A model generated the notes under the pieces. It had not been told where the DNA came from, made no database searches, and saw only the letters and a program-made list of their open reading frames with translations. A stretch of 64,000 bases of DNA from positions 1,247,019-1,311,018 of the forward strand of contig NMRA01000042.1 of the NCBI GenBank assembly GCA_002633005.1. The letters run 5' to 3'. Position 1 is the first letter of the stretch. Each line of letters starts with the position of its first letter. The stretch comes from Phoronis australis (Eukaryota; Animalia; Phoronida). A program made the translations under genes and the position numbers. This document shows positions 27,001-37,808 of the stretch, in pieces.

Positions 27001-28171
27001 CCTTCTTACACGTCACCTATAGTTGAGCCTGAAAAGAGCTCTGTCCCGACCAGGTTTGAACCCAGGACTTTCTGCTAACCGTCTAGATGTTCTAGTCCAC
27101 TGAGCTATCAGGACAGAGATCTGGCATGTAATAAGACTAATAATTCTTACTTATTCCAGATCAACAGCATCATTATTAATGTATTATACACATTAAGTGT
27201 ATTTGCACTCCTAAGTTCAGGTAAAATGTCTCCCATCAAGTCTAACTGAATTTCTATAATCGACCACTGGTCCCGATAGGTCAGTGGACTGAATCGTCTG
27301 GATGATGGGCAGAAAGCTTCAGATTCGAGCCCTGGTCAGGACGGAAATCTTTCCAGACTTAACTACATGTCATGTGATGTGACCAACAAGTGGCGTGTAT
27401 GAAGACTAATAATTTTTACTTAGTTTTGTACTCACAATTAATGATCTGTGTTCAAAGTTGAAGGCAGTGATGCACAAGATTTGATGAGCTGAAAAATCAT
27501 GAAGTTTCACGAAGCAAACAATGTAAATGCCAAGAGTACCATTGAGCACAGAAAAATACACCACAAAGAACATGTCTTGCTGTTTTAATGGTGAACAATG
27601 ATGCATAAACAAAATCGTTTTGGGGCTAAATCTGTTGCAAGGATACACTACGTGTTTACAAAGACATCAGACATTTTGCTTAAACGTATTAATACACAAT
27701 CAGTGAGAGTCAACTTGAGCCTTGCAACTGAAGGTTTACAAGTTTAAAGTTATATCTGCAAGCTCACGCATTATCTTTGTAGTTACACGATTGGTTAAAT
27801 ACTGCAACTTATAACTTACTGAAATCACGTTTAAACAGCAATCACAGACCTTTGACCAGTGACTACTGTGACATAATGTTGAAGAATTGCATTGCATGAT
27901 ATCAACTTCAGATTCCCATGATGAATGTCATTAAGGCAAAAATAAAAAATGTGGTAAGATGCTTTTATGTTTTTTCTATTTTTGCATGTACCAAGTCTGA
28001 TGAGTGAAACAAGGCAAGAAACCCTTTCAGTTTACGGAAGCAAAGTAAGACCACGCAAGTTGTAGTTATCTATTTTTAAATGCAAAAATACAGTTTAACT
28101 TCTTTATAAGGCTAGAACAAACCCAATCTGTATGGCCTGGTTGGACTGTTTGGCTTGGAGTCCTTTGGCAT
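84..28171 (-). CDS. TAF2: Transcription initiation factor TFIID subunit 2 (3' end runs off the window)
   Basis: 26 in-phase coding exons (minus): 28171-28123, 27488-27436, 26726-26654, 25345-25255, 24781-24663, 24310-24166, 23741-23547, 22989-22887, 21877-21759, 20956-20843, 20587-20488, 19665-19450, 18691-18599, 17715-17654, 16423-16309, 15864-15755, 14991-14926, 14079-13947, 6998-6879, 5519-5379, 4686-4576, 3118-3033, 2097-1984, 1737-1598, 761-575, 183-84. Translation matches TAF2 blocks I recognise: [123 protein letters not shown]. Confidence 0.97.
1819..1938. repeat. Tandem repeat, about 39-bp unit x 3
   Basis: GGTAAAATACACTGAAAATAAACTTGCTTTGATTTAACA repeated three times with variation in a TAF2 intron. 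Confidence 0.85.
6607..6842. mobile_element. MITE
   Basis: Left TGCGCACACCCAGC, right revcomp TGCGCGCACCCAGC; about 235 bp, non-coding, in a TAF2 intron. Confidence 0.6.
8757..12104 (+). CDS. Nested single-pass type I membrane protein, 284 aa (signal peptide, putative degenerate Ig-like domain, TM helix, Tyr-motif-rich tail)
   Basis: Exons 8757-8805 ([16 protein letters not shown], signal peptide, phase 1), 9339-9641 (phase 1-1, 101 codons), 11109-11229 ([26 protein letters not shown], phase 1-2), 11723-12104 (cytoplasmic tail to TGA). All GT-AG and phase compatible, total 855 nt. TATAAAA at 8676 and AATAAA at 12504. Lies inside TAF2 intron 6999-13946 on the opposite strand. Confidence 0.8.
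10870..11045 (+). mobile_element. tRNA-derived SINE family S2, copy 1 (degenerate)
   Basis: A box TGGCTCAGTG, B box AGTTCAAATCC, body TGCACAAA.ATG.CTCCTACTCCT...GTGAATGAGAA.CTGGAT shared with 61805-61980. Confidence 0.65.
14678..14912 (+). mobile_element. tRNA-derived SINE family S1, copy 1
   Basis: Head GGAGGCAGTGTGGCCCAGTGG (A box), body nearly collinear with 39190-39430, 3' hairpin TCTGGTAC/GTACCAGA and T-rich tail. Confidence 0.8.
16255..16326. repeat. 22-bp tandem repeat overlapping a TAF2 exon/intron junction
   Basis: CTTACCAC recurs with 22-nt spacing (donor junctions at 16309/16308, 16287/16286, 16265/16264). Confidence 0.7.
16424..17653 (-). other. U12-type GT-AG intron of TAF2
   Basis: 5' end GTATCCTTTT after CAG TGG GT; branch-like TCCTTAAT (16442-16435) followed by TGATTGGCTAG with no polypyrimidine tract; junction restores DQWV-SQSG. 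Confidence 0.9.
17193..17403. mobile_element. MITE family A, copy 1 (TIR consensus approx. TACAGTACAAGACAAAAGTAATCAGACAAAA)
   Basis: Inverted ends CAAAAGCAATCAGACAAAA / TTTTGTCTGATTACTTTTG; interior aligns by eye with 23785-24052 (reverse) and 37809-38065. Confidence 0.7.
20063..20148. repeat. (AAT)n microsatellite, interrupted
   Basis: Direct reading. Confidence 0.95.
21028..21120. repeat. Degenerate 12-15-bp tandem repeat (core TCATGG)
   Basis: CCATCATGG / CAACCATGG / CTGTCATGG units repeated about six times; explains the spurious SWP-rich ORF. Confidence 0.7.
23785..24052. mobile_element. MITE family A, copy 2
   Basis: Ends TTTTGTCTGATTACTTTTGTCTTGTACTGTA; interior is a diverged reverse complement of copies 1 and 3. 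Confidence 0.7.
25346..26653 (-). other. U12-type intron of TAF2 with apparent AT-AA termini
   Basis: 5' end ATATCCTTG directly after ...CAG TGT A; branch site CCCCTTAAC (25364-25356) about 11 nt from the 3' end; frame-preserving junction A|GA ATC TAC (C-R-I-Y-R-V) requires the intron to end in ...TCAA. Confidence 0.8.
26986..27149 (-). mobile_element. TIR-flanked element carrying a tRNA-like cassette
   Basis: About 22-bp TIRs (AAGAATTATTAGCCTTCTTACA / revcomp AAGAATTATTAGTCTTATTACA) enclose a minus-strand tRNA-like sequence (27044-27115) with 7-bp acceptor stem, A box TAGCTCAGTGG, B box GGTTCAAACC and a broken anticodon stem. Confidence 0.7.
27269..27422 (+). mobile_element. Second, inverted and partial copy of the tRNA-cassette element
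   Basis: GTCCCGATAGGTCAGTGGACT...GATTCGAGCCCTGGTCAGGAC followed by the same terminal repeat GTGTATGAAGACTAATAATT. Confidence 0.6.
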
Positions 28172-28676
28172 TCCAGTGGTCTCGTCAATTTAGCCTACAA
28201 TGAAGTAAGTTCAAAACTGAAAAACTGCATATTAACAGCCATAGTCATTAGTCAATATATCTTGAGCATTCTTTGGCTTGCAAGAAGGTTGTAAAACAGC
28301 CATAGTACATATGTCGTGGACAAAAAGTTGTATCAAACATGTTCTGTTTAGGTCTCAGTAATCACAATTAACGACAGTTTGCAAAAATGTAAAAAGGTAA
28401 TTTATCTACACTGTGATGGTAAAAAAATTTTGAGCCATTCATTTCAAGTAGCTTTAACTTAAGTTGAGATTACGAAAAAAGTAGGTCTAAGATAATGATC
28501 TCCATTTACTAAATTTCTTTGTGAATCATCTCCTCAAGGAAGATGAATTGCAGCCACATGTTCTGGTTGTGCCAGTGTGGGTAAAAAACTGGCCAAATAA
28601 AACCTGATACAAAATTAGTATCGCTAAAAGCTATACTCTATCGGTAACCTTTCCTCGGTGAAAAGCTAGTTGAAGA

Positions 28677-29336
28677 CACAGGCGTCCTCAGCTTCTGATC
28701 GTCCCCAATACACTACATATAATACTACAAGGTAGGACACTCCCGACTAGAAATTCCACGGGTGCTTCACTTCAGCCGTCCATAGCAAACATAAAACTCA
28801 GTAAATTTACACAAAACAGGGGTTCAACAAACCATGAAGAATTGTTCTTTCTCCCAATACCATTCACGGTGTCCTGTTACGGCGACTTCGTAAGAAATTC
28901 GCAGTCAAAGAACAAAAATGTTCACAAAAAGCCCCCACACACGTTCTCCCTAGGCCTGTCGAGGTCAAGGACGGTACGGAAATTGCCGCTTTGTCGCGTA
29001 AAGTCACGATGTAGCTACTTCCGTAACTCACCGGCAATTTCCGTACCGTCCTTGACCTCGACGGGCCTAGGGAGAACGTGTGTGGGGGCTTTTTGTGAAT
29101 ATTTTTGTTCTTTGACTGCGAATTTCTTACGAAGTCGCCGTAACAGGACACCGTGAATGGAGAAAGAACAATTCTTCATGGTTTGTTGAACCCCTGTTTT
29201 GTGTAAATTTATTGAGTTTTATGTTTGCTATGGACGGCTGAAGTGAAGCACCCGTGGAATTTCTAGTCGGGAGTGTCCTACCTTGTAGTATTATATGTAG
29301 TGTATTGGGGACGATCAGAAGCTGAGGACGCCTGTG
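28677..29336. mobile_element. Foldback / long-TIR non-autonomous DNA transposon
   Basis: Arms 28677-28988 and 29032-29336 are inverted copies (3 substitutions and one 7-nt indel seen), 43-nt spacer, termini CACAGG...CCTGTG, flanked by 8-bp direct repeat GTTGAAGA (28669-28676, 29337-29344). Confidence 0.93.
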
Positions 29337-29503
29337 GTTGAAGACTCATACAATTAGATTATTCCTAATTGGCATCTTTGCTCCTTATAAACTAACCAGT
29401 TATCAATTATTTGTACAGCTTGCTTCGTAACCAAAAACAAACACTTTTCGTAACGAGTGAAAATCATTTCGTTGAATAATTATCGGTTCGTGATGTCACT
29501 TAC

Positions 29504-29797
29504 TTCGAATGGTTAACGTACATCTCACTTCAAGTTTACCCTCCAACTTCACCTATGTGCACCTACAATAAAGTAGTTATTAAGAATGTTCCCAAGTAAT
29601 TTTATGTGGGTTAAGTATCCTACGATTACAACATTAACTTGTTAAATTCACTAGTTGCGATTGCTCAAATAATGAATTGTTGACATCTGATTACTATGAA
29701 TTGCTCCTTAAATTCAAAAGGATATTCTCTACCAAACAATTAATGATTTTCTTTATCAGATTTCAAATTTACGACAACCGTAAATCGGTCAACAAGC
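29504..29797. promoter_or_regulatory. Putative bidirectional promoter for TAF2 and EBP2
   Basis: Minus-strand GTAAGT donor at 29503 (likely TAF2 non-coding exon 1, splicing to the acceptor at 28195) and the EBP2 ATG at 29798 are under 300 bp apart in divergent orientation. Confidence 0.6.
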
Positions 29798-32700
29798 ATG
29801 GCTTCTGAGTCTGAAGAGTCGGAGTTTAGTGATGTAGAAGAAGGCAGTGGCGATTCGGATGCCGAGGTAATACATTGTGTCTTGGAGACATTCCGTTGGT
29901 GTGACATTGGTTCTTATGGGAGTTCGAATATTTAGCCATGGCAACCAAGAACTACTAGGCATCTCATTGTTATTGGTCACTCTGCTGTCCTGGGCTCTCT
30001 TCAATCTTCATTCAGAATCAGACAGTACTTAGGATCTTCAACTAGTCACTGCTGACTATCTTAACCAGGGCTCGACATAACGAGCTGCAGGTCGCATTTA
30101 CGACCTGAAATTTGAAAATGCGAGCTGAGATTTCTGTCAGCTCGTATCAAGTCGCAAAATGCGACCTGGAATTTCCAACGAATGAGAGATGAGGTTTTAC
30201 ACTTCTCGGCAGATACCTGGCAATGATATGAAAGCAAGTCTTGTTAATCCGACCGTCATTTGGTTGTTGCCAAATCCAAGTTCAAAAGAACACTAAGGTC
30301 GATGTTCCCTAAGCCCTATATTCTATGCCCGTAGCCAGTTATTGCAACTAAACCGGTACTAGATGCAAAATTGTGGTTAGCGAACTTTTTTCTTCTCTTC
30401 ATACACCACCCCCCTCTNCCCCCCCCCCCTCGGCAACTGGTAACTTTTCAACTTTTCGCTCCCCGGACCACTGTCGCCGTAAAATTTTCAGACTCAAATA
30501 GAAATAATTTTCCGGCTGAAACGGGCAGTTAAAAACAAAACCATTCCGGCTGGCTAAAAAGGCACTGTGTAGGTGGTAACGGTATCTAGGAAGCCACCCC
30601 TACTAGATGGGTTTTGTCTGGAAAAAATCGTATTATTTTGTAATATTGCAGTCTTTTAATATCCTATTACCGCAAACACTCAGTTTACCGACTATCCTCT
30701 AAACGTTCCCCCTCAACTTTTGAGAAATTCCAACTGAGCGCCCACAGTTCAGGCTAGCGCACTACAAACGACCATGCGTGGTTTAAAATTTACACGCAGC
30801 CTATATGGTGTGTCACTCTCATTCTACGCAACAAACTCAGTTTTCAAAAAACGTCTTTTCTCAATACGTAAAAACCATATCCCGGCTTTGTTTTATGCCA
30901 CCGAAAGAAAGGTAACACTAGTAACGTGCGTGTAGTTTTGTGACTGACCTATTTTTCCCGTGCTTGGAAGGTATATTGAGGAGCAAACTCGTCATTACCC
31001 GATGGAAACCCGCACGGAGGGAATCGGGAATTATTTTGAGGCTATTCATTTCATGGAAAACTAATTGTTGATTACGTAAACAGCATAAGTATCACATTTT
31101 GTTGTGAATTTTGCACTGAATTGTTCCCGTGCATCCAAATAGGTCATTCGGTTAGGGCATCGTTTCACGGATACTTTGGCAGATGTTTTTCAAGCGTCGA
31201 GTTAAGTTGCAAAATTTGGGCTGCGAACAAAAAGTGGAGGGAATTTGCACTCCGAGTTAGTTTGAATCTTTAACGACTTTTATGACAGACAGTAGCAGGT
31301 CAGACCTAGCAAAATGCAGGATATTTTTCACTTTTTCATCAGGCATTTTCTCCCTCTTCACATAGCAAACTTAGCTACTTGAATGCACGTGTCAGTTAGA
31401 GAGCACTGATTCAACTTTCACGTCGGCAACTTGCCTTGCGCTCGGGAGCCTTTCAATGGTGGTCGTGAAGAACAGTAATGTCGTATTTGCATGAACGAAG
31501 TCAATTTTGCGATATGAAATTTGTGGGTATTTAACGCTGCAGGTAAAAGCATAATCTAAACATTTTCTCCATAATCTAAAAAATCAATTTTGGCGCGTAA
31601 AAATGGAGGGAAAATTTTCGACCTGGCATTTATGAATGCGAGTTGGATTTTGAAAATGCTACCTGGGAATTTGGCTAGGTCGCAAAATGCGACCTGGCAA
31701 TTTTAATAACGTCGAGACCTGTTGACTCTTGTAAAGTTGCGTCCGTCTTTGAAGTCCATCGTTTAATGACCAGTACAGTGCAGGACATGACAATTTACTT
31801 TGTGGCATATTGTATTCGATCAAAAATGGTCTACTATACTCTTCGCTCTCCAATGACTGTTTTCAAAAAGCTTGTTGGGTTGTTCGTTCATGTCAGTGTG
31901 TAGTTAAAGCCTTTGTGCAAGAGAGTCCTCTATTATGAGAACTAGTTTTCCATAATAGTCGGATGCATGGGTCCCTGATTTGAGAACCAGTTACTACTAT
32001 TGAATAATGCCTGTTATTCAGTGGTAATAACAGGTTTTATGGGACCCACCTGTCCGATTATTACCTAGTTTTCTTCACAGAATAACTGAGAACAGGTTTT
32101 CAAAATCTGAGGTCCCTGTAAGTGACTGTTGCCATGTTTTCGATCATTTTTTGAAACCCTGAAGAAGAATTAGTGCTGTCTTTGAAAATTTAATTGGTGG
32201 GAATGCCAGTAATCAATGAGTACTGGGTGATCTGTTACAGAATACATTATGGTGGAAAATTGAATTTATAAACTTTTGTTATTCCATATTAAATCTCCTA
32301 TAGCATGCACTTTAAAAAACCCTACAGGTTTTGGTTAATGTTTTTGTAGGCAATACACTGTACGGAACTATTAATTACCCTGAAAGGACAGAACCACATT
32401 ACGAGGGGTGTTATACTTATATAAAGACATTTGTATCAGCGAATTGTCTGTTCACTTAAATGCTCGTACTCATCTTAGCGTCCACCCCCTAGTTTTTAAC
32501 TTTCCCAAGTTAAGCACCTTGGGCATTGTTCCAAACAAGTACGGTAAAAAGCATTTCAAAAATCAACTGCAATAAATCAGTGAGCTTCAAGCCATGTCAC
32601 TTTAATTATTCGCAAATTCTAGATTTCATTTATTCTCTTTCAGCTGCAAGCCGCCTTTAAGGCTGGTCTACTAAAGCCTGGGTTGAACACACGAGCACCA

Positions 32701-35700
32701 AAAGAACTCAAAGAATACCGAAATAATGTTGTGAGTTCATGGTGTATTCCATTTATTTTGTATTATTTATGAAAAAAATTTGCTTGTGGTGAAGACGAAT
32801 CCATTGATGAGACAATGACTGCCCTTGTGAGAACCATGCAGCAGTGATTCTCTAAGTTGATGGCTTGGCACTGTAAACATTTGCACTTTTTCCTGTCAGT
32901 AGAACCCAAGAGTCAATTGGTAGCAAAATTGTGCTTGCTTTTTTCTCACATAAGAAGTGGTTTCTGGGCTTTGGAAGAGCTGGTGGTTTTTTGTTGCTTG
33001 AAACCAATATCTGTACGTAAAGTGACATGCCATGACAAGTCAACTTATTGATCCTGGTATCGAGTCAACTGTCAGTTTAGTAAAGAATGAGTTCAGACCA
33101 ATTTCAAAACTCTTAGTGGTAAGTTAGTTTCTTTAACAGAAGGGGTTTATAGCTGGCTTAAAACTGTTCAGCCAAATAGTATTGCTCCGGAGACTGTGCA
33201 AGTTACTATGCACACCTCCCACCAGATTATTTGCATTCTTGGTCAAATTCTCAAGTTTCATCACTCATTATAAGGAAAGGACACTTATAGAATTATATAA
33301 TCTTTCTCTTGTCACCATATACCTGCAGTTTCATTTTCTGCTTACCAGAACGTGGGATCTCTGGGGTAAAAACTTTGAACAAGTACTTGAACGCTTAACC
33401 ACTAATCACTCGTAATTTGATTTTGAGCAAGCAATGATACAGGAAATGGGTATTAGTGTACTTTACTGATTGAAGATGTCTTCTTACATGACATACTTTT
33501 AGGTTTCATGTCTTTTGTCTTAACATCAGTTTTCCATTTTCTTTATGCAATGCTGTGCATTCACGGTTTCCAGGCTGGCCTAAAGCACAAGCTGGCCCAA
33601 ATTCGACAGTCGCTAGAGTGGCGAGCTCGTCTGGATTTAACCAATAAACCGGCTCCAGCCGCACCAAACATGGAGGTGGAAGAAGAGGGCGACACTGATA
33701 CACACAACGACTTCAAAAGGGAATTGAAATTGTGAGTTGTTTGTTGTTTGACTATTTCCGTGAATCTCTAATGGTACTTCAAAGCTGCCCTTTCCCTTTA
33801 CCAACTGCTTGATGAATGTGAAATCAAGAAAAAAGTTTCGCCTGATAGCCTTTTCTGTATACCTGTGTATTTTGTAATTTTCCACATTGTGTCTTTTGAT
33901 GTTCAGCTATCGCCAGGCTCAGGCTTCGGCACTTGAAGGTCTGGCGCGACTTCACAAGCTGGGTATCCCTACAAGGCGACCGGATGACTACTTTGCTCAG
34001 ATGGCCAAGACAGATGACCACATGAAGAAAGTACGAGAGAAACTACTGGCCAAGCAGCTAACCATGGAGAGGTCAGAGAAAGCCAAAAAACTCCGGGAGC
34101 TGAGGAAATACGGCAAGAAAGTGAGTGGGGCAAACGAGGGGGCATTTTTTGGCACTTATTATTATTATTAGCTTCATTCTTTGCAACTAGGAGGAGACGG
34201 GTGGTATCTTATTGAATGTTACACTGAGTGACCAAGATGGCGGGCCACCTTCAAAAGCTATCAACAAACTTTCATCAGATTGCTGTTAGTAATTAGTTTT
34301 ATGACTCTTTGATAATACTTGTATTTGTGCTGCGCGTAGTCAATGGTGACATGATGGAAATGGATAAACAGTGTAGAGTTGTAATTAGCAGGGTTTGGAA
34401 TTTTCCACGGAAACGCGGATTTCCGCTTTTTTCAAATGTTCTGTCCGGGCATTTTATTATATTTCCGCGTAAAAAATCGGATTTGATATAAAATTTCCGC
34501 GGCAAATTCCTTTCTGACCGCGGCGTTGCAGACGACGTTCACCTCGAAAAGCAGAAGTTGCTCTTTATGTTTCGGAGGAACGTAAATTGTCAACATTGCC
34601 GGGGCATCTGGGATAGCGTGGTGGGATTTTCAATGGCGTCTCGTGTTATTGTAAACCGCGCCGACAAATACTACGGCTCTGCAGCCAAAATATTACTGTT
34701 AGCATATTTTTCCGTCCAGATGCTTTAGCTGAGGACAAAAGCTTGTTTTTCTACCTATTAACAGGTGAGCATAGTTAAGAGCTTCATCAAATTTGCACTC
34801 ACAAGGGATACGCATGTATTTAATAATTGTGCTTGTCACTAATAACTCTGCCAACATTGTCACAAAAATACTTTAGTTCAAATACTGAGTATTTACACCA
34901 ATCGCTTACTTTTGAACAGGTTCAAACAGAGGTCCTGCAGAATAGGCAGAAGGAGAAGAAAAAGATGTTGGATCAAGTTAAGAAATATAGGAAAGGTATG
35001 GTATCTTAAACAACACATTGCTTGCTGGTCGTTAATACACCAGTGATATACGATAATTCTTCACCCATTTAGCATAAAATATGTCCAACTAATGGAATTT
35101 TATTTTTGTCAAATTTCCCAAGAAAAGTAAAGATTAAGAAAATGATGCATTTATTGTTACCATGGTTTGCTGTGTACAACTGATTTAAAACAAATTTAAG
35201 CTAGAGAAATCCTTAAACTAGTTTTACTAGAAAAATGGCCATTTTGACATTTATTTTTGTGCAAAACTGAGGAATGACTGTAACCAGTATTAATGCATGA
35301 CTTTTTGTTTGTTGTGTCTGCTATCGTTCTGACATTACCGTGCTTAAGCCATGCACTGAATTGAATGTTGTCTGAAAGTTGAAGAATTTGCATAGGTTAG
35401 TAATCAACTGAAACAAAGACATACAAGGAATGAATACAAAAATTATATTACAATGAGCAATAAGAAACAAAGTGAAATGGAGAAGAGATTTTGATTTTTC
35501 GAATTAGTATTAATGAAGTCTTTTTTATTATTTGCAATCATGTTTTTGTTGAACAATTAAAAACTCCACTACTACAGAATCTTGTTTTGCAATAATTTTG
35601 CTTTGAATCGAAACAAGTATGCCGCAATGTTCAATATATCTAAATTTCAACATGTTTTACTATACTCACACACATTTCCATCAGAAAAACATTTTCTATC

Positions 35701-37591
35701 TAATGAACAAGACCCAAACAGTATACATGTACAGGAGTGATCTAGATGCACAACTGCATAGTAACAACATCAATGACAACACTCACAAAACATCACTTTC
35801 TACTACAAATTAATGCTTATTTTGCTGAAGGTTAAATGGGTGAAGTTGCTCATTTGAACTGCTCTGTTTGCTTAAACTCAGGTCAAGAGAACAAACTCGA
35901 CTTCCTTGATGACGATGGACAGTTGGTCAAGTCTAACAAAGCTTTCAGCAAAGGTGAAAATAACCCAAGGTGAGGAAATCTAGTTGTGAGCTACTGTTAG
36001 CAAACTTGTCATTTTCTTTATAACTACGTCAGCACAAAATGTTGACAAAAACCTTTTGGTATTGTCTTCTTTGCAAATAGTGCTGGGTTGTTTATTCATT
36101 CCTTTTAGTCATTTATTCCTTTAGAATACAAATCCTGGAGTCTGTGGTGTTTTGAGAAGTATATAATATCTTAATCTGTTGAGTTGCCATATGCTTAAGT
36201 TATTCATGATTACGTAAGCTTCTGCAATTGCCTAACACATTAGGCTGCAACTCTGGGGGTTGCAGGTTTAAATCTGCATTGAGACTATGTGTGATAATGT
36301 CCTTTTAATACAGCAGGTATTTAACGTTTCTTGTTACTGATTGCTCTGACATAAGGATTGACTGCCGCTTACTTGATTCAGGACTGTCTAAAGTTTGGAG
36401 TTCGGCTTGACCTAATTAATGTTGCGTGGGACTTAAAATATTTAATTGATCTGATTATTACTTTTATTTCTGTTTAAATTGCAGTGCAAATAAAAAGAGG
36501 ATGTACAAGAATGCCAAGTTTGGCTTTGGAGGTCAGAAGAAGCGGTCCAAACTGAACACGGCAAAAAGCGCGTCCGACATGTCCGACTTCAGCTCCAGTA
36601 AACACTCGTCACGACCTCTGATGTTCAACAAAGGAAATAAAAACAAAGTATGAAAATTGCTAGAGTGCCTGACCTTACAGTCATGTAGGGTCTCATTGAC
36701 AAGTCTGCACATTAAGCCAAATATCTGCAAAACAATAGATTTTAACTTTGCAGAATTATATTTTATGAAATCTGAAAGCCTTGAAAATGTGGTTTTTGAA
36801 TTTTTATCAATCTGCCATTAATTGGGTGACATGATCATGTCTTTAGTAAAAGTTAGGAAAACAGGAAAGTTCATTGATATTAAAACAATGGTGTCAATAA
36901 TATGATCAAATTTTATTTGGTATAAATGTTCAAAATGGGATCTCAAAAACGCTATAGTTTACTGAAATATTTTATTTTGTGCAGCTTTTTTATGAAAATC
37001 TTAAGTCATGCTTTTTGAAACCCCTATAAGTGGAAACTTTAAAAGCAGTTACTGTACTTGACAGCGTTTTGGAGAACTGCTCATGTAGCGCAGTATCTGA
37101 AAGTTTTGTACTAATGTGATGTTATTTCTGAAAAATGAATGTTCCGTAGTTAGCCAAAAATGGACACTTTTCTTGGGTCCTACATAACCTACAGGCCTGA
37201 AAACTCATCGCATTTGTTGACCTGTGAAGGAGTTAGTTGCAGATGTCTGGAAAGCAATCTCAGTGCATCAATATTGATTTCAACGTTGAAATTGTTGTAA
37301 TTAAATTACTTCCTAAATTGAATTTGCATTGTATGCGGGCTGTTCGGTGAGCATCTGTGGCAAACATGCTTTTAATTATTTAAGTGACATTTAAGTGATT
37401 TATTTATTGTTCGTGTTGCTATATAAAGTGGAATTCAATTTTTCAAGGTTTCACATGTTTGCGATGTTTTAAGATGAAGACTAGTTTCCAAAGTTTGATG
37501 CGGCAAAGCTAATGCGGTCTTTTACTTGTAGAAATCAAAGCGACCGGGTAAGCAAAGGCGACAGGTCATGAAATCAAAGAAGAAACGATGA
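29798..37591 (+). CDS. EBNA1BP2: rRNA-processing protein EBP2 (EBNA1-binding protein 2)
   Basis: 8 exons: 29798-29866, 32644-32730, 33574-33731, 33907-34120, 34920-34995, 35882-35969, 36485-36647, 37532-37591. Motifs LQAAFKAGLLKPGLN, NDFKRELKFYRQAQ, IPTRRPDDYFAQMAKTDDHMKK, LRKYGKKVQ, KNAKFGFGGQKK, KRPGKQRR are characteristic of Ebp2. Confidence 0.96.
30066..31721. mobile_element. hAT-like non-autonomous element in EBP2 intron 1
   Basis: Imperfect TIRs CAGGGCTCGACAT / revcomp CAGGTCTCGACGT; both ends carry clustered subterminal (A)GGTCGCA/TGCGACCT motifs; no clean TSD and no transposase ORF seen. Confidence 0.7.
31966..32125. repeat. Short palindromic dispersed repeat family (core TTTGAGAACCAGTTTC)
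   Basis: Inverted arrangements of GTCCCTGATTTTGAGAACCAGTT; related copies at about 4420-4495, 10115-10200, 41730-41755 and 45448-45490. Confidence 0.7.
34389..34530 (+). mobile_element. Probable truncated end of a hAT-like element
   Basis: Starts CAGGGTT followed by repeated TTTCCGC/GCGGA subterminal motifs and CpG-rich sequence in EBP2 intron 4; partner end not found. Confidence 0.4.
37067..37195 (+). repeat. Dispersed repeat shared with 54594-54723
   Basis: Collinear blocks CAGTATCTGAAAGTTT, ATTTCTGA, ATGTTCCG.AGTTAGCCAA, ACATAACCT in the last introns of EBP2 and FZR1. Confidence 0.7.
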
Positions 37592-37808
37592 GAAGATAGG
37601 ATTGTTGTGAAAAGAGTACGAATCTGTAAAGTGACGTTGATGTAGAAGGAATATTGTGCCCTCATTCAGGCTGATACTGGCTTGTTGGCACGGCGCGGTA
37701 CAGACTTCAAGTTTTATAAGTACCTTGGTTGTATTGGGTGAACTGTGGAGAACAACCAAGTGTTAGTCAAGACTGAAGCTGGTTAACGGAAGTAGCTTGC
37801 TTTTGGCA

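Noticed and set aside
27044-27115. Functional tRNA gene
   Set aside because: Anticodon stem is broken and the sequence is embedded in a repeat; treated as tRNA-derived.
27638-27646. Orphan U12-like 5' site GTATCCTTG (similar ATATCCTT at about 5051 and 29718)
   Set aside because: No coding exon upstream and no matching branch site; a few such 8-mers are expected by chance in 64 kb of AT-rich DNA.
28842-29156. Mirror-image ORFs (104 aa plus, 95 aa minus) with near-identical translations
   Set aside because: Artefact of the palindromic foldback element; non-ATG starts and no recognisable domain.
30531-30569. RAG/Transib RSS-like heptamer (CACTGTG) near ACAAAACC
   Set aside because: Nonamer-like sequence is in the wrong orientation relative to the heptamer and there is no partner end or transposase.
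32801-32863. C/D box snoRNA in EBP2 intron 2
   Set aside because: TGATGA C-like box present but the D box is imperfect (TTGA) and I could not identify an rRNA-complementary guide.
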